Made by a program: the position numbers and the translations under genes. This document shows, piece by piece, positions 26,959 to 39,100 of a stretch of 64,000 bases of DNA (position 1 is the stretch's first letter; the number at the start of each line of letters is the position of its first letter). The DNA is taken from assembly GCA_964016885.1 (NCBI GenBank), contig OZ024745.1, forward strand, positions 11,966,001 to 12,030,000, given 5' to 3'. This DNA comes from Eledone cirrhosa (lineage: Eukaryota). The notes beneath the pieces are model-generated. The model had not been told where the DNA came from. It saw only the letters and a program-made list of their open reading frames with translations, and made no database searches.

Positions 26959-28965
26959 CTTATCACAAATTGATTCGCCGTCGGTGAAATTTAGAAAGTT
27001 GACCACTTGGTCATCATTATCCCAGAGGGCATAAATAGAAGAACTTCTCTGTTCACTGTCTTTCCTTAATGTAACAGTCATGTGGTGATTAGCCGAACTG
27101 ACAGTCCTTGCAAATCCATAGTCAGGTGGCAGCAGTAGATTCGATACATCGTTAAATATTACTCTATAACTCCGGGGGTTTCCGAATTCTTTATGGACGA
27201 GATCGTTATAAAACAGTAGATATTTGGGGGTTGATGTATTGTAATCAAACGTAGCATTGTTTTCGGTTTTAATTAAAACACGAGTAAAATGCTTCTGAAT
27301 GTGATAATTATTCTCCATAAACCCGGCCCAAGGAACAGTTGTTCTGTATTCTTCCATATTCCAGGTTTCAAACCGGTTCGTTGTTCCCATAACGTCCAAA
27401 TCAACTTTGTAATTAAATAAATGAGTATGTATATTTGCAATGACAGTTTTTCCTATACGGACGCCGTACGGAAGTTCCTCCTGGCTGAATGACGTTGTCA
27501 AAACATTACCTGTGGAATGTATCTGAACTTCAACAACACCATTTCGATGAAACAAATAATCTATTATATAGTCGTACGATAGAAATGTCACTATAGTCCT
27601 TACAGTAAGAATCTTGTCGAGAATGGCATCAAAGAAGGTCCCATGTGCTGTGCTAAATGCATGCCGGCTAAGAGGGACTGTTGTGTTCTGTTCAAAAATA
27701 CACAACGCGTTTTTCATTTTCTTCATTCCGCCATCATTGGCTGAATAAATAGTGGGAGACAAATATGTTGCGTGGTTTGGACAGTCAACACCAACGATAA
27801 GACCTTTACTTCTTGAACCAAACAATGCAGTACCATCGACATAATTTAGCATCATTCCAGCTGGACTATAGCCAGAATATAAAACAGCAATTTCCTGAAG
27901 ACTCAACTCATACACAATCATTTGTTCTTTATAGCGAATATTAAGAATACGCAAACCAACAGACGGATTTAGATGAAAATGAAATTTCCAGTTTAAAAAA
28001 TGAATAGACGATTGTTTTAATATTGTGTATGATTCTTTTGGTTTAGTATTAGCCGAGGATTCTTCACTCTGCTCATATTTGTGGAAACCGTTGAAACGTT
28101 TCTCGGGGAAAACATTTTTTTGGTAAAAGCTGGTTTTATTTTTGTTGGGAGATTTGTTATAATCACGAATCAAATGATCCAGATTATTATACATTTTACT
28201 GGCAAACCAAACCTTTTCAATAGTCCAGTTAGATGAATATGGACTAGTTAGGTCTGCTTCAAACTGAAAGTTTACGGGTGAAATATCGTAGGCAGACTTA
28301 TAAGCAAACCATAGCCAGAGTAATCGACGTTTAGACTTGCTGAAAACATTAGGCACAGGAGATATTGAAAATGTTAAACAACTTTCCGTACAACTTATAG
28401 GAAGTGCCTTATATTCTTTTAATAAGAAATCCCTGGCTTTATCTTCTATGTCTTTTATGAGAGAAAACTTAAGGCTCTGCAATTCAATTGTAGTTATTGG
28501 TCGTTGATAAAATGGAATAGCTCGTATTTTATGTATATAAGTAATGTTTGAAAGCGGTCCTATAATATATTCTTCAACACAAGGAACATGTATGTTTCCT
28601 CGGAATATTACAGCTTTAGCTTGACGATTTGGTAAAATGGTTGTATTTGCAGAAAGGTAAGATAAAATATCGTCTTTTTTCGGCATTTGCAACTCTAAAT
28701 AATGAATGAAAGTATCGTCTAGTTGCGCTTTCTCTGCACTAACAATAGATAAGTTACTTTTCTGCTCAAGAAAATTTACAACCAATTCTATTTCAGTCGG
28801 TAACAGTTCATCGTACCATTCAGCTTTCTCTGGTGGGGTTTTTTTTTTCTTGTCTGGGTAACTTCGACTGCTGATCACAATGACCACAATTAATAACGAC
28901 ACACTAACTGCAATCAAAACGAAAGTTATTCTTTTCCAAAATTTGACAGTCTGATATGGAGCCAT
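26959..28965 (-). CDS. Copper amine oxidase (AOC1/AOC3-like), large coding exon with N-terminal type II membrane anchor; C-terminal exons not found
   Basis: 669 uninterrupted codons with TM segment ITFVLIAVSVSLLIVVIVI, YELSLQEI, GVDCP..ATY, CIFE, TPQ-site TFLSYDY, Cu-ligand HTH..YKVDLDV. Probable donor AAG|GTTGGT at 26958 and acceptor TTTCAG| just upstream (exon start ~28988). Confidence 0.93.
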
Positions 28966-30050
28966 GTTTTCTATTCGCCAATTGAAATCTGAAATTAAAA
29001 ATCAAACATAAATGCGATACCTATCTGTATTATTTTATTACTGAGTTGATTCAATTATTTCAAATATAGAAACAAAAGTTGATAATAGTCATGAATTTAT
29101 ACATCACATTTTAAGATTATTTTTGCTTTTATTTCAGAACACATCCACTCCATATCGTAAGATGAACTTTCGAGCGGATTGAGGAGTTTTTCAATAGGTG
29201 AATACAATTTTTCTTTACTTCACGACTCCCACTTCGCTGGATCTATGGTCTTATGTTTCTTAGAATAAGGTTTCCAGTTTTACTATGTCATCAATAATTC
29301 TGGGATTTCTCATGTAGTTTTGTTTGTATGAAATATGTGTTAATTGCATAAAAGTGCGTTAGAGAAAACAAAGACAAATATTTTAGGGAGTGATTTGATT
29401 ATAACTAAGTATCTCTGATGAGTGAGAGCCCAAGACATGCCGTATATCACAGCGGCAACCGTGTGATTCCATCAGGAATTATGGGCCCATCGATCTCTCC
29501 TCAGTAATTAACATGTGTTTGTGTGTATTTTATTGAGATGTGCAGTGTATGTGTTGTTCAATGAAACTAGATTCTCAGCGTTCCGTTGCAGAATTTTTTG
29601 AAAGGTTTAGATTTATTGGAGTAGATTTTTTGGGGTAGATTAGTTGGAGTAGATTTATTGGGGTATGTTTGTTGGGGGTAGGTTTGTTGGGGTAGATTTC
29701 TAGATGTAGATTTGTTGGAATAGATTTGTTGGGGTAGATGTTTAGGCTTGATTCAAGAGTTTTAGAAGCAGTTCTGATATCCTAATGGTAGACATGAGGC
29801 AGGTAGATTCCTTCTAAGTAGAGAGTGAAGTTGTTTTTTGGGGGAGGGGGGGTGTAAAGAAGTGTGAGTAGAAAATGTATAGACTATGAGAAGTTGGTTG
29901 ATGTTATTTGTGTCCCAGAAAAGATGTGCATGTTAATAAAAGATGGTAAGGGGCAGCGAAATCTAAAAGGGGACTAAAATATGTTGTACTGATGACTTAT
30001 CTGTTTTACATTAGAATGATATAACTAATATATATGTGTATGTATATGTA

Positions 30051-30094
<44 letters not shown>

Positions 30095-30101
<7 letters not shown>

Positions 30102-30311
30102 GTGAGGTTTTTTTTACAAAATGAAAAAAAAGACCGAGGTGTCCTACACGAGTGAAAGTATAAAGGAAAAAAGATGAAATCGAAAATGCAACTGGAGTCT
30201 TTTTTTAAAGAAATATATTTTTATTTGGTTCCAAATAAAAAGGAACCAAATAAAAATATATTTCTTTAAAAAAAGACTCCAGTTGCATTTTCGATTTCAT
30301 GTTTTTTCCTT
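30095..30311. mobile_element. Short fold-back of the Neptune-like PLE 3' end
   Basis: Same terminal sequence as 15069 and 43991, with an inverted copy around 30240, between (TA)n tracts. Confidence 0.75.
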
Positions 30312-30481
30312 ATATATATATATGTATATATATATAATTCAAGAAAGAAGGGTGTCATGGTTCGGTATACAATAAGGGGTTTATTCACATTGCTGACAAT
30401 TGTTTCTTTGATCTGGTAGGTCTAGAGTTCGCTACCCGCCTGATGTTGCGTCAATCGATCTCCAATACTTTGTTTATAATA

Positions 30482-30552
<71 letters not shown>

Positions 30553-30623
30553 AGAGGGAGAGAGAGAGAGCGAGAGGTAAACATCCCGATCGTTTTCCGC
30601 TTATATATATATATATATGTCGT

Positions 30624-30769
<146 letters not shown>

Positions 30770-31204
30770 TAGAGACAGATAGAGTGGAGGAGAGATTGAA
30801 CGAGAGATAGAGATAGAGAGACAGAGATAAAGATGAAAGGACGAATGCAAAGATTGAATGAATGAAAATATATATATAGTAGTATGTATAAATGCTTACA
30901 TATAAACTTTACTATAAGAGCTGTCCAAACACCAATAATCTTCCAAACAAATTCTTCTTCGGCTTAACCAGAAACGAAACTTCTGCTAAAGATCGTTTTT
31001 TCTCTGTAGTCGTGCTACAAAGTCTACAATCCCATTCATTTCCGATTGTTTCTTTCAAACATTTCAAACTATTTCCCTAAGCTTATTTATACAGTTGTTG
31101 GCTGCAATCCGTGTAATCCGTTTAATTCGGTTATAGAATTTTCTATTTTTTTTATCTATTGGTAAAAATACCGATAGGTTTGTTTTTATTGAAATATATG
31201 CACA

Positions 31205-31274
<70 letters not shown>

Positions 31275-31377
31275 ATTTTGAGTATGTGTTGGTTGTTACC
31301 GACACCTCAGTATGCAGATTGGAGTACTCGACGAGGTACGCAGGTTGGTTTGTTTACTCCGGAGTAATGTAAAATAA

Positions 31378-31450
<73 letters not shown>

Positions 31451-31453
<3 letters not shown>

Positions 31454-31807
31454 CGAAGGAAATGTGGTAAGGAACCAGGTGGACCATAACGCACCAAAGT
31501 ACTCAATACTTAGGGTAGTAGAGTGGGTAATAGGAACGAGTATGACCCCGACGGCTGAGCTCAAGCCGTTTCGACGGCTAATTCTGGACATATATATATA
31601 TATATATATATAGGAAAAAGTATGACCCCGACGGCAGAGCTCAAGCCGTTTCGACGGCTATTTCTGGACAGTCCAGAAATAGCCGTCGAAACTGCTTGAG
31701 CTCTGCCGTCGGGGTCATACTTTTTTTCTATTTCCCACTCTACTACTCTAAGTATTGAGTACTCTGGTGCGTTATGGTCCATCTGGTTCCTTACCACATT
31801 TCCTTTG

Positions 31808-31810
<3 letters not shown>
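31451..31810. mobile_element. Two adjacent copies of a PLE-like terminal-repeat family, one forming a palindrome
   Basis: GACCCCGACGGCAGAGCTCAAGCCGTTTCGACGGCTATTTCTGGA-CAG-TCCAGAAATAGCCGTCGAAAC...GGGGTC, with (TA)n flanks. Confidence 0.7.
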
Positions 31811-31898
<88 letters not shown>

Positions 31899-31939
31899 CG
31901 AAACATAGTCAATTGCATGAACTCATAATCCTTTATTTA

Positions 31940-31993
31940 CTGCTATATATATTTCGATGATAGCCATTTAGTGGCTATGACCTCATCAGGCAG
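31940..31993 (-). ncRNA. Canonical minimal type I hammerhead ribozyme motif
   Basis: Minus strand: CTGC-CTGATGA-GGTCATAGCCA(CTAAA)TGGCTATCATC-GAAA-TATATA-TA-GCAG. Confidence 0.88.
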
Positions 31994-32053
31994 TTAGTCA
32001 GTTCTTAGATATGCCAGCTCTGTGTTTATGGTGTTGATTGTATCAGAGCCTTG

Positions 32054-32107
<54 letters not shown>

Positions 32108-34427
32108 TGTGTTGTATTTGTTTTACTCGAGATATTGAATGAGACAGATGTCCCATGGAGAATGACCTCCCAATCAACAATAAAGTGTTTTACATAATAA
32201 AAACTTACCTTGCACCACTTCTCGATACGGTGAACGATAAACCATATGTAAAAGTCAATTTTGTTTCGTTTTTTCACTAATAAACCCTTTCTGGTGGATT
32301 GTGTGAATGGTTTTATTATTTCTTTTCTCTTTCCTAATATTTTCCTCCCTTCTTTCTTTCCTAATACTTTTTATCTTTCTTCTCTCTTTCCTTCTTCCTT
32401 CCTAATATTTTCCTCTTTGTTCTTTCTTTCCTTCTTCTTTCCTAATATTTTTCTCTTTCCGTCTTTTTCTCTTATTTTTCTAACACCATTCATCTATTTG
32501 TTTATTAATTTTAGAAGTATTTTCCAAATGTATTCTTCCGTAGCATAAAGAATAATAATCCAAAATAATATTCAATGTTAATATTTTTACAAAATATTTA
32601 CACTAACAGTTTTAATTATTCCAAGTCATCTTTATGATTTTATTTCTGCTGGACTTTCTTTTTGTTGCTTTTCTTTGTTTTGTTTCTTGTTTTTGTCGAT
32701 ATTCAATGATGGGGAATGAGAATAATAAGTTTATTTAGAAATAATTGATATACTAAACTCTTTTTTAAGTTATTTATCACTGCTTGGGGACCTCATATAT
32801 CTTTTATGATCCTTATTGTTTCTGTTGATGGTGCTGTTGTTTTCTATTATCATTAACAAGACAATCTGAGTGGAAAATGGAAATGCCATCACGCATGTAT
32901 ACTTCTCTCGGGAATATTTTTTACACTACCATATTTATAACGACGAAAGTAGCTGGCTTAACGTATTCTACCGATTGCTTAACACAAACGATATTCAATA
33001 TACAATGGAATGTCACAATGTACATGCAGAAAATGTATATGTGTATTTAATGACATTTATACGTCTACCAGAATCGCGGTGATTGAAGGATGGAGCTGGT
33101 AGTTTAATTGGAAGCAATTCTTGGGATATTAACTCCGTGTTTAACTGGCTGTGAATAATGGAACTTCGTCAGAAAGAGGTTTCAGTTGTCGTGGATACCA
33201 AAACGAATAAATATCCATTCTCACCTTTCGTAAAACCGATAATTTAAGTGAAAGTCTCCAGGTAAAGAATAATTATACTTGTTTCTAAGTTGACAACCTT
33301 ATTTCAGTTGAATTCAGGGGAAAAAAAAACAATTTCAAACGCCTTTCTTTAGAAAAGTAAATGTTAAGGATATTCCTATGATTAAGCTTTAGGGAGATTC
33401 TTTAAGTCCGTATATTGTATTATATTAGAGAATCACATGAAAGCTTTCGGGCGTGTTAATGTATCGTTAAAGATTAGATTAACGACCTAAAGACATTTCT
33501 TAGTGAGCGGAACAGTTTACACTGGTTGCAGGATGTCGTCGCCATATAATGACAATTTTACACTTAAATGAATTAAATATTTTCTATGGTGTGATACTCT
33601 TAATGAATGCACTATTTACGTCGGAGGAAGGTTATGGTGACATTGTGATAAAATTCGTCATAGTAAATAGTTCCTTTTATAAAGTTACATTATTAATGAA
33701 GATGTAAGTTTACAAGTGGTCCTTTTTCTTTTCAAGTAAATTGTTCTTCATCAAATTTTTAAGCAGATATTTCCATCTATAACGGAAACATTTTCCTAAT
33801 ATCGCTGGAGTGCTTCGTCAATATATGTGAATGTGATTTATGTGTGCTTTTGTCTATGTATGTGTCTCTGTTTCTTTGTGTGTCTGTGTGTCTCTGTGTG
33901 TTTCTCTGTATGCCTCAGTGTGGTCCCTGCGTCTCTAAGTGTCTTTGTGTGTCTCTGTGTCTGTGTCTGTGTCTGTGTGTGTCACTGTGTGTCATATTGC
34001 TATCCTATGGCACCCTACAGTGTGTACGTGTGTATGCAATATTTCTGCGCCTTACTACAACGAAATATGTTTCCGTTTGCGATTTTCACCTTTTTATTTT
34101 ACTATCAATTAATTATAAATGATAAACACTGCAAGGAGATTCATAGGTCATTTTTTAGGACATGTTGACGATGATGATGATGGTGGTGTAGGTGGTGGTG
34201 GTGGTGGTGCTGCTGGTGGTGGTGGTGTTTGTGGTGGAGGTTGTGGTGGAGGTGTAACAAAAATGGCAGCTATGCTACTATTCACGTTATGGCTGCTGTT
34301 TTGCCACTACTGCAATTTAATCAAAGTCAAATCATTTGACGTCTTTTAAGAAACTGAATAATTTATATATTCATAGTCAGATGGATGTGTTTTATCTATT
34401 TATCAGTTTATTTATCTATCTAGCTAT

Positions 34428-34508
<81 letters not shown>

Positions 34509-34531
34509 TATATATATATGTGTGTGTGTGC

Positions 34532-34621
<90 letters not shown>

Positions 34622-34969
34622 GTGTGTGTGTGTGTGTGTATGTGTGTGCGTGTGTGTACACGCAATACATGTATATATGTTCACAACTACACATGCACAC
34701 GAAGAAACGCATATGTACATATATGTGTGTGCGTATGCTTGTGTTTGTCTGTGAGTATGCTTGTGTTTGTGTGTGTATGAATGTGTGAGGGCGAGAGAAA
34801 AAGAGAAACAGATTACACATGACCGTATCTACGTATCTACTTATATATTTTGTGTGTATATGTACCTGCATTGTGTGTGTATATATATGCGTGTATATAA
34901 TGTACAACAACCGACACCACTGTATACCTACAATGTAAATGTGAATTTATTGTGTTTGCTAAATGCTAT

Positions 34970-35180
34970 TTCCTTGCTAAGACAGGCGTTCGAGATATTT
35001 GGAGGAGCAGGGCTGGTGACAACGAAGTTCTTGACATCAATGACGGCTCGCCTTACCGAGGGTGAAGGTGCTTGGTTGTTCCAGCACCTTAGTCCCGCTA
35101 TCATCCGTGGTACTGGTGCCAGTGTGTTAGCTTCCCTCAAGATATTAGAGGGAGGCTGCCAAATCTACTTCCGTTAGCAT
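34970..35180 (+). mobile_element. C-terminal fragment of a CRE-like RLE non-LTR retrotransposon
   Basis: AFEIFGGAG..KFL..MTARL..EGAWLFQHLSPAIIRGTGASVL resembles the QRLSLAIQRGNAASVL end of CRE-type elements. Confidence 0.6.
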
Positions 35181-35459
35181 TTATTCTTTTATCTAATTCA
35201 GAAGCAGTTTTTCTGAAGTCCGATGTATTTGTATATTCAACATATTTCTTCTAGTAAAAGCAGTGTAGCTGTTATCTCCGTTCGAGTGTGTCTATGAATG
35301 TGTGTGAACCATTTTAAGAATCCCCTTCCTCCGTTCCTAATCTAGGGTCACATCGTTATCTTTCAGTACACCATCTCCCTAATTTACTGTCCATGAAGGT
35401 TACTGTTTAGTATAGAGGTTTATTGAGCAAATACAAGGTTAATAAGTAGAGAGACATAA

Positions 35460-35670
35460 CGGTTTCTAATGTAGGCGGCAAAGGCCAACAATTTGGTAGA
35501 GGGGAAGTGGATTAAATCAACCCTAGTACGTTACTGGTATTTTATTTATATAAGGATGTAAGACAAAGTTAACCTCGGCGGGATTTCAACTCAAAACGTA
35601 AAAGAACGCAACTATATGCCGCAAAGCATGTTGTCCGAGACTCTACCGATTCTACTACTAATCCGAACAT
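35460..35670 (-). mobile_element. Diverged tRNA-derived SINE
   Basis: CAAAGTTAACCTCGGCGGGATTTCAACTCA and GACTCTACCGATTCT match the 12229 SINE family. Confidence 0.75.
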
Positions 35671-36124
35671 TAACAATTGTTTCTATTAGCTCTACATATG
35701 TGAGAACATTTGTCTAACTAAACATTGAAGCGTAGATTAAGAGTTAAAGCTTTTTCAAAAACTCGATGAATTATTTTTAAGATCCGGTACAATGCGGTAG
35801 AAAAATACGAAGGGCAAATGATGACAAATGAAACAAAACAAAGCATTGTTTTAGCATGATATTCCGGGGCTAATGCCTCTTTTCAGATGCGAAGCTGAAA
35901 CAGTCCAAGACAAATCAAACGGGTGATCGGAGTTTTCAAAGTTTTAAAAGCTGGGTTTTTTTTCTAAAACTGTTTTCATAACTATTCTCCTGCGTTCAAG
36001 ATTTTCTTCATTTCCGAGCAATATTTACGTATTCGGTCCTGCTACAATATAGTACTCACTTTAAACTAATTCAAAGTTCATTTGAAAATTTTCGCTAACA
36101 AACACATTCTTTGAATCTGCGGTC

Positions 36125-39100
36125 ATGCCACCCCCCAAAAAACCACGACTTAGTGGCCAAACTAAAGCTGCTTCTGCTGCCAAACGAAGAGGAGCTACAG
36201 AGTTGTCCGTAGAAAGATTGACTCGGTTGCCACAAAATGCAACTCGAAATGTAATTACTCGGGCAACCGAGACAGACAAAAAGAGGAGCATCCGCCTTTC
36301 CGGAAATGTATTTGTAACTGCAGTTGCACGTGCAGCGCAAACTGATGAACAACATTATCGACGACGAAACAAAAATGCGGCCTCCACCGCTGCGGCACGT
36401 GACGGTAAGGACGAAGAACACGGTTACAGTCGACGACGAAGAGATGCCGCCTCAACTGCTGCGTCACGTGCTGCCGAGGACGAAGGGCAGCGTTCCAGAC
36501 GTCAACGTACGGACGCCGCTTCAACAGCTTCCGTTCGCGCATCAGAGACTGCGCAAATTCAATTACAAAAGCTAAACGCCAACGCGCTCCGCAGGAGAGC
36601 TAAACGAGGTGCACAGAAGATCAGTTGCACTCAGTGGTCTCATAAGGCTTTCCACTATGACCCAACAGTAAACTATGCACTGATGCCAGAAGTTCAGATT
36701 GGATCCATGTCTGTCATTTGCCAATATTGTCGGGCAAAAAAAATGGCCTGGGGAGACTTCAGGGATGTGCTGCTCTGACGGCAAAGTGAGACTGCCTCCT
36801 CTACAGGAACCACCACAACCTTTGAAGTCTCTACTGACCGGTGCCACAGCGGAGTCGGAACACTTTCTTCGATGTTCCAGGAGATACAACGCTGCCTTCC
36901 AAATTACCTCTTTCGGAGCTAACATCATACGCGAGGATGGCTTCATGCCTACCTTTAAAGTTCAAGAACAAAACTGTTTCCTCTATGCAATTCTACACCT
37001 ACCGATTCATGGTCCGCGAATGCTGCTTTAACCAACTCCACCGTGCAAGAGTACTCTTCAACCAGCTTGCTGTAGACGCGTGCGCAAAGATGGAATCTGA
37101 AAGGCTGTGCTACATAAGGAACAATAAAGCACGCCTTCGTTCGGACAGCTACATTCACTTACGGGATGGAGTAAGGAATGACGTCGATCCCGAGAACCTA
37201 GGAAAACATTGTATCCTTCCGTCGACCTTCATTGGGAGTCCCCAATACATGAGTGAACGCACACAGGATGCTATGACGTACGTGCGTCTCTACGGCAGAC
37301 CGGATCTCTTCATCACTTCAACATGCAACCCTAAGTGGAATGAAATTACCGCGGAATTATTCCCCGGACAAAGGGCGTCAGACAGACACGATCTTACGGC
37401 ACGCGTCTTTCACTTGAAGTTGACAAAACTTATTGAACTCCTAAAATCAGGTCAGGCCTTTGGACCTGTTAGGTGCTAGGTATACACCGTTGAGTGGCAA
37501 AAGAGAGGCCTGCCACACGCTCACCTACTCATTTGACTGATAACGAAAATCAACGCAAGCAGCATTGACAGCATCATTTCAGCAGAAATACCAGACCCAA
37601 AATTGGACAGAGAACTCCACAACATCGTCACTGCTCACATGGTTCATGGGCCATGCGAAAACGGTTTCAACATGAATTCTCCATGCATTAAAGAAAGAAG
37701 GTGCACCAAGAGGTATCCTAGGCCATTCATCCGAGAAACTCGGACAGGTAGTGACGGTTATCCATTATACCGCCGCAGGGAGCCAGCGGACGGAGGAATT
37801 GTTGCGAAAACACCACATCACAACGTCGACAACCAGTGGATTGTACCCTACTACCCACTTCTGCTTAAATTGTTTAACGCCCACATTAATGTTGAATACT
37901 GCCACTCCGTCAAATCTATAAAGTACGTCTGCAAGTATATCAATAAGGGGTCCGATGCTGCGTCCTTTGGTCTTACAATGGAGAACAACCGAGACGAAGT
38001 AACTCGATACCAGGTCGGCCGATACATCAGCAGCAATGTAGCGTTCTGGCGATTCTTCTACTTTGCAATACACCATACTCAGACTCAGAAGCTCCCGCGT
38101 CTTGCGACGCACGAGGCAATCATAGTGTTCCACCGCGTTCGGTCAGCAGCCAGTTGCACAGCGTCCCGCCATTGTCTGTTTGTCGCTCGCAGGTCCCTCT
38201 CAACTGTCTGGCGCCAGTTCATTTTGGGTCGCCCTCTCCGTCTGCTTCCCTGTAGGCTCCATTGGTTCGCCAGTCTCTCCGGGGGAAGTCTCAAAGCGTG
38301 CCCAAACCAGCCCAGGCGTCGCTTGCAGATGGCAGAAGAGAATAGCTGCTGGTTGGTGCGGTTCCTGACTTCCTGGTTTGTTACACGGTCACTCCATTTA
38401 ATCCCCAGGATCTTTCGCAGACACCTGGAATCGAATGCGTCCAACTTCTTCTCTTGGCTGGTCTTAAGGTGCCATGTTTCACTTCCGTACAAGAGTGTGG
38501 ACAGCACGTTGCTGTTGTAGAATCTCTTCTTTGTTTTGAGGGTGAACTTCCTGCTCTTCCAGATCTTGACAAGCTGGTTAAATGCTGCTGAAGCCTTTCT
38601 CATTCTACATTGCAATTCACTGTCCATGGCGCCCCCATTGTTAATGGAGCTTCCTAGGTAGGTGAAGTTGTCCACTATCTCTACCTCCCCCTGTTCAATG
38701 AAGACATTAGTTGGTGATGGGTGTGTCCCAGATAACATGCTTTTGGTCTTCTTAGCACTGATATTGAGACCTAAGCTTCCTGCTTCGACATTGATATTGT
38801 TCATAATGGTTTGCAGGTCAGCTGTGCTCTCTGCAAGTGCAACAATATCGTCCGCAAAGTCCAGGTCAGACAACTTTTGCTCTCCCACCCAAGATATACC
38901 CTGGTCTTTAGACGCTCTTCTTAATACCCAGTCAATGGCTATGGCAAAGATAATTGGAGAGAGCAAGCAACCCCGACGCACACCAGTAACCACCTCAAAC
39001 CAGTCACTGTAACCATCCTCTGTCCGTGTGCAGCACTTGGAGTTTGCGTAAATCTGTTTGATTGCCGAAATGACTTTCTGGGGCAGACCATACTCATGCA

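Noticed and set aside
29410-29480. CTGATGA at ~29415 (also ~29989) as a hammerhead
   Set aside because: No correctly placed GAAA, stem III or stem I could be built.
32200-32260. AAG|GTAAGT donor on the minus strand as the 5' UTR exon of the amine oxidase
   Set aside because: A good donor consensus, but it lies among repeat fragments with no other support; RNA data would be needed.
37603-38520. 305-aa ORF as a novel Rep fusion protein
   Set aside because: The C-terminal half is fortuitous read-through into the antisense strand of the inserted RTE.
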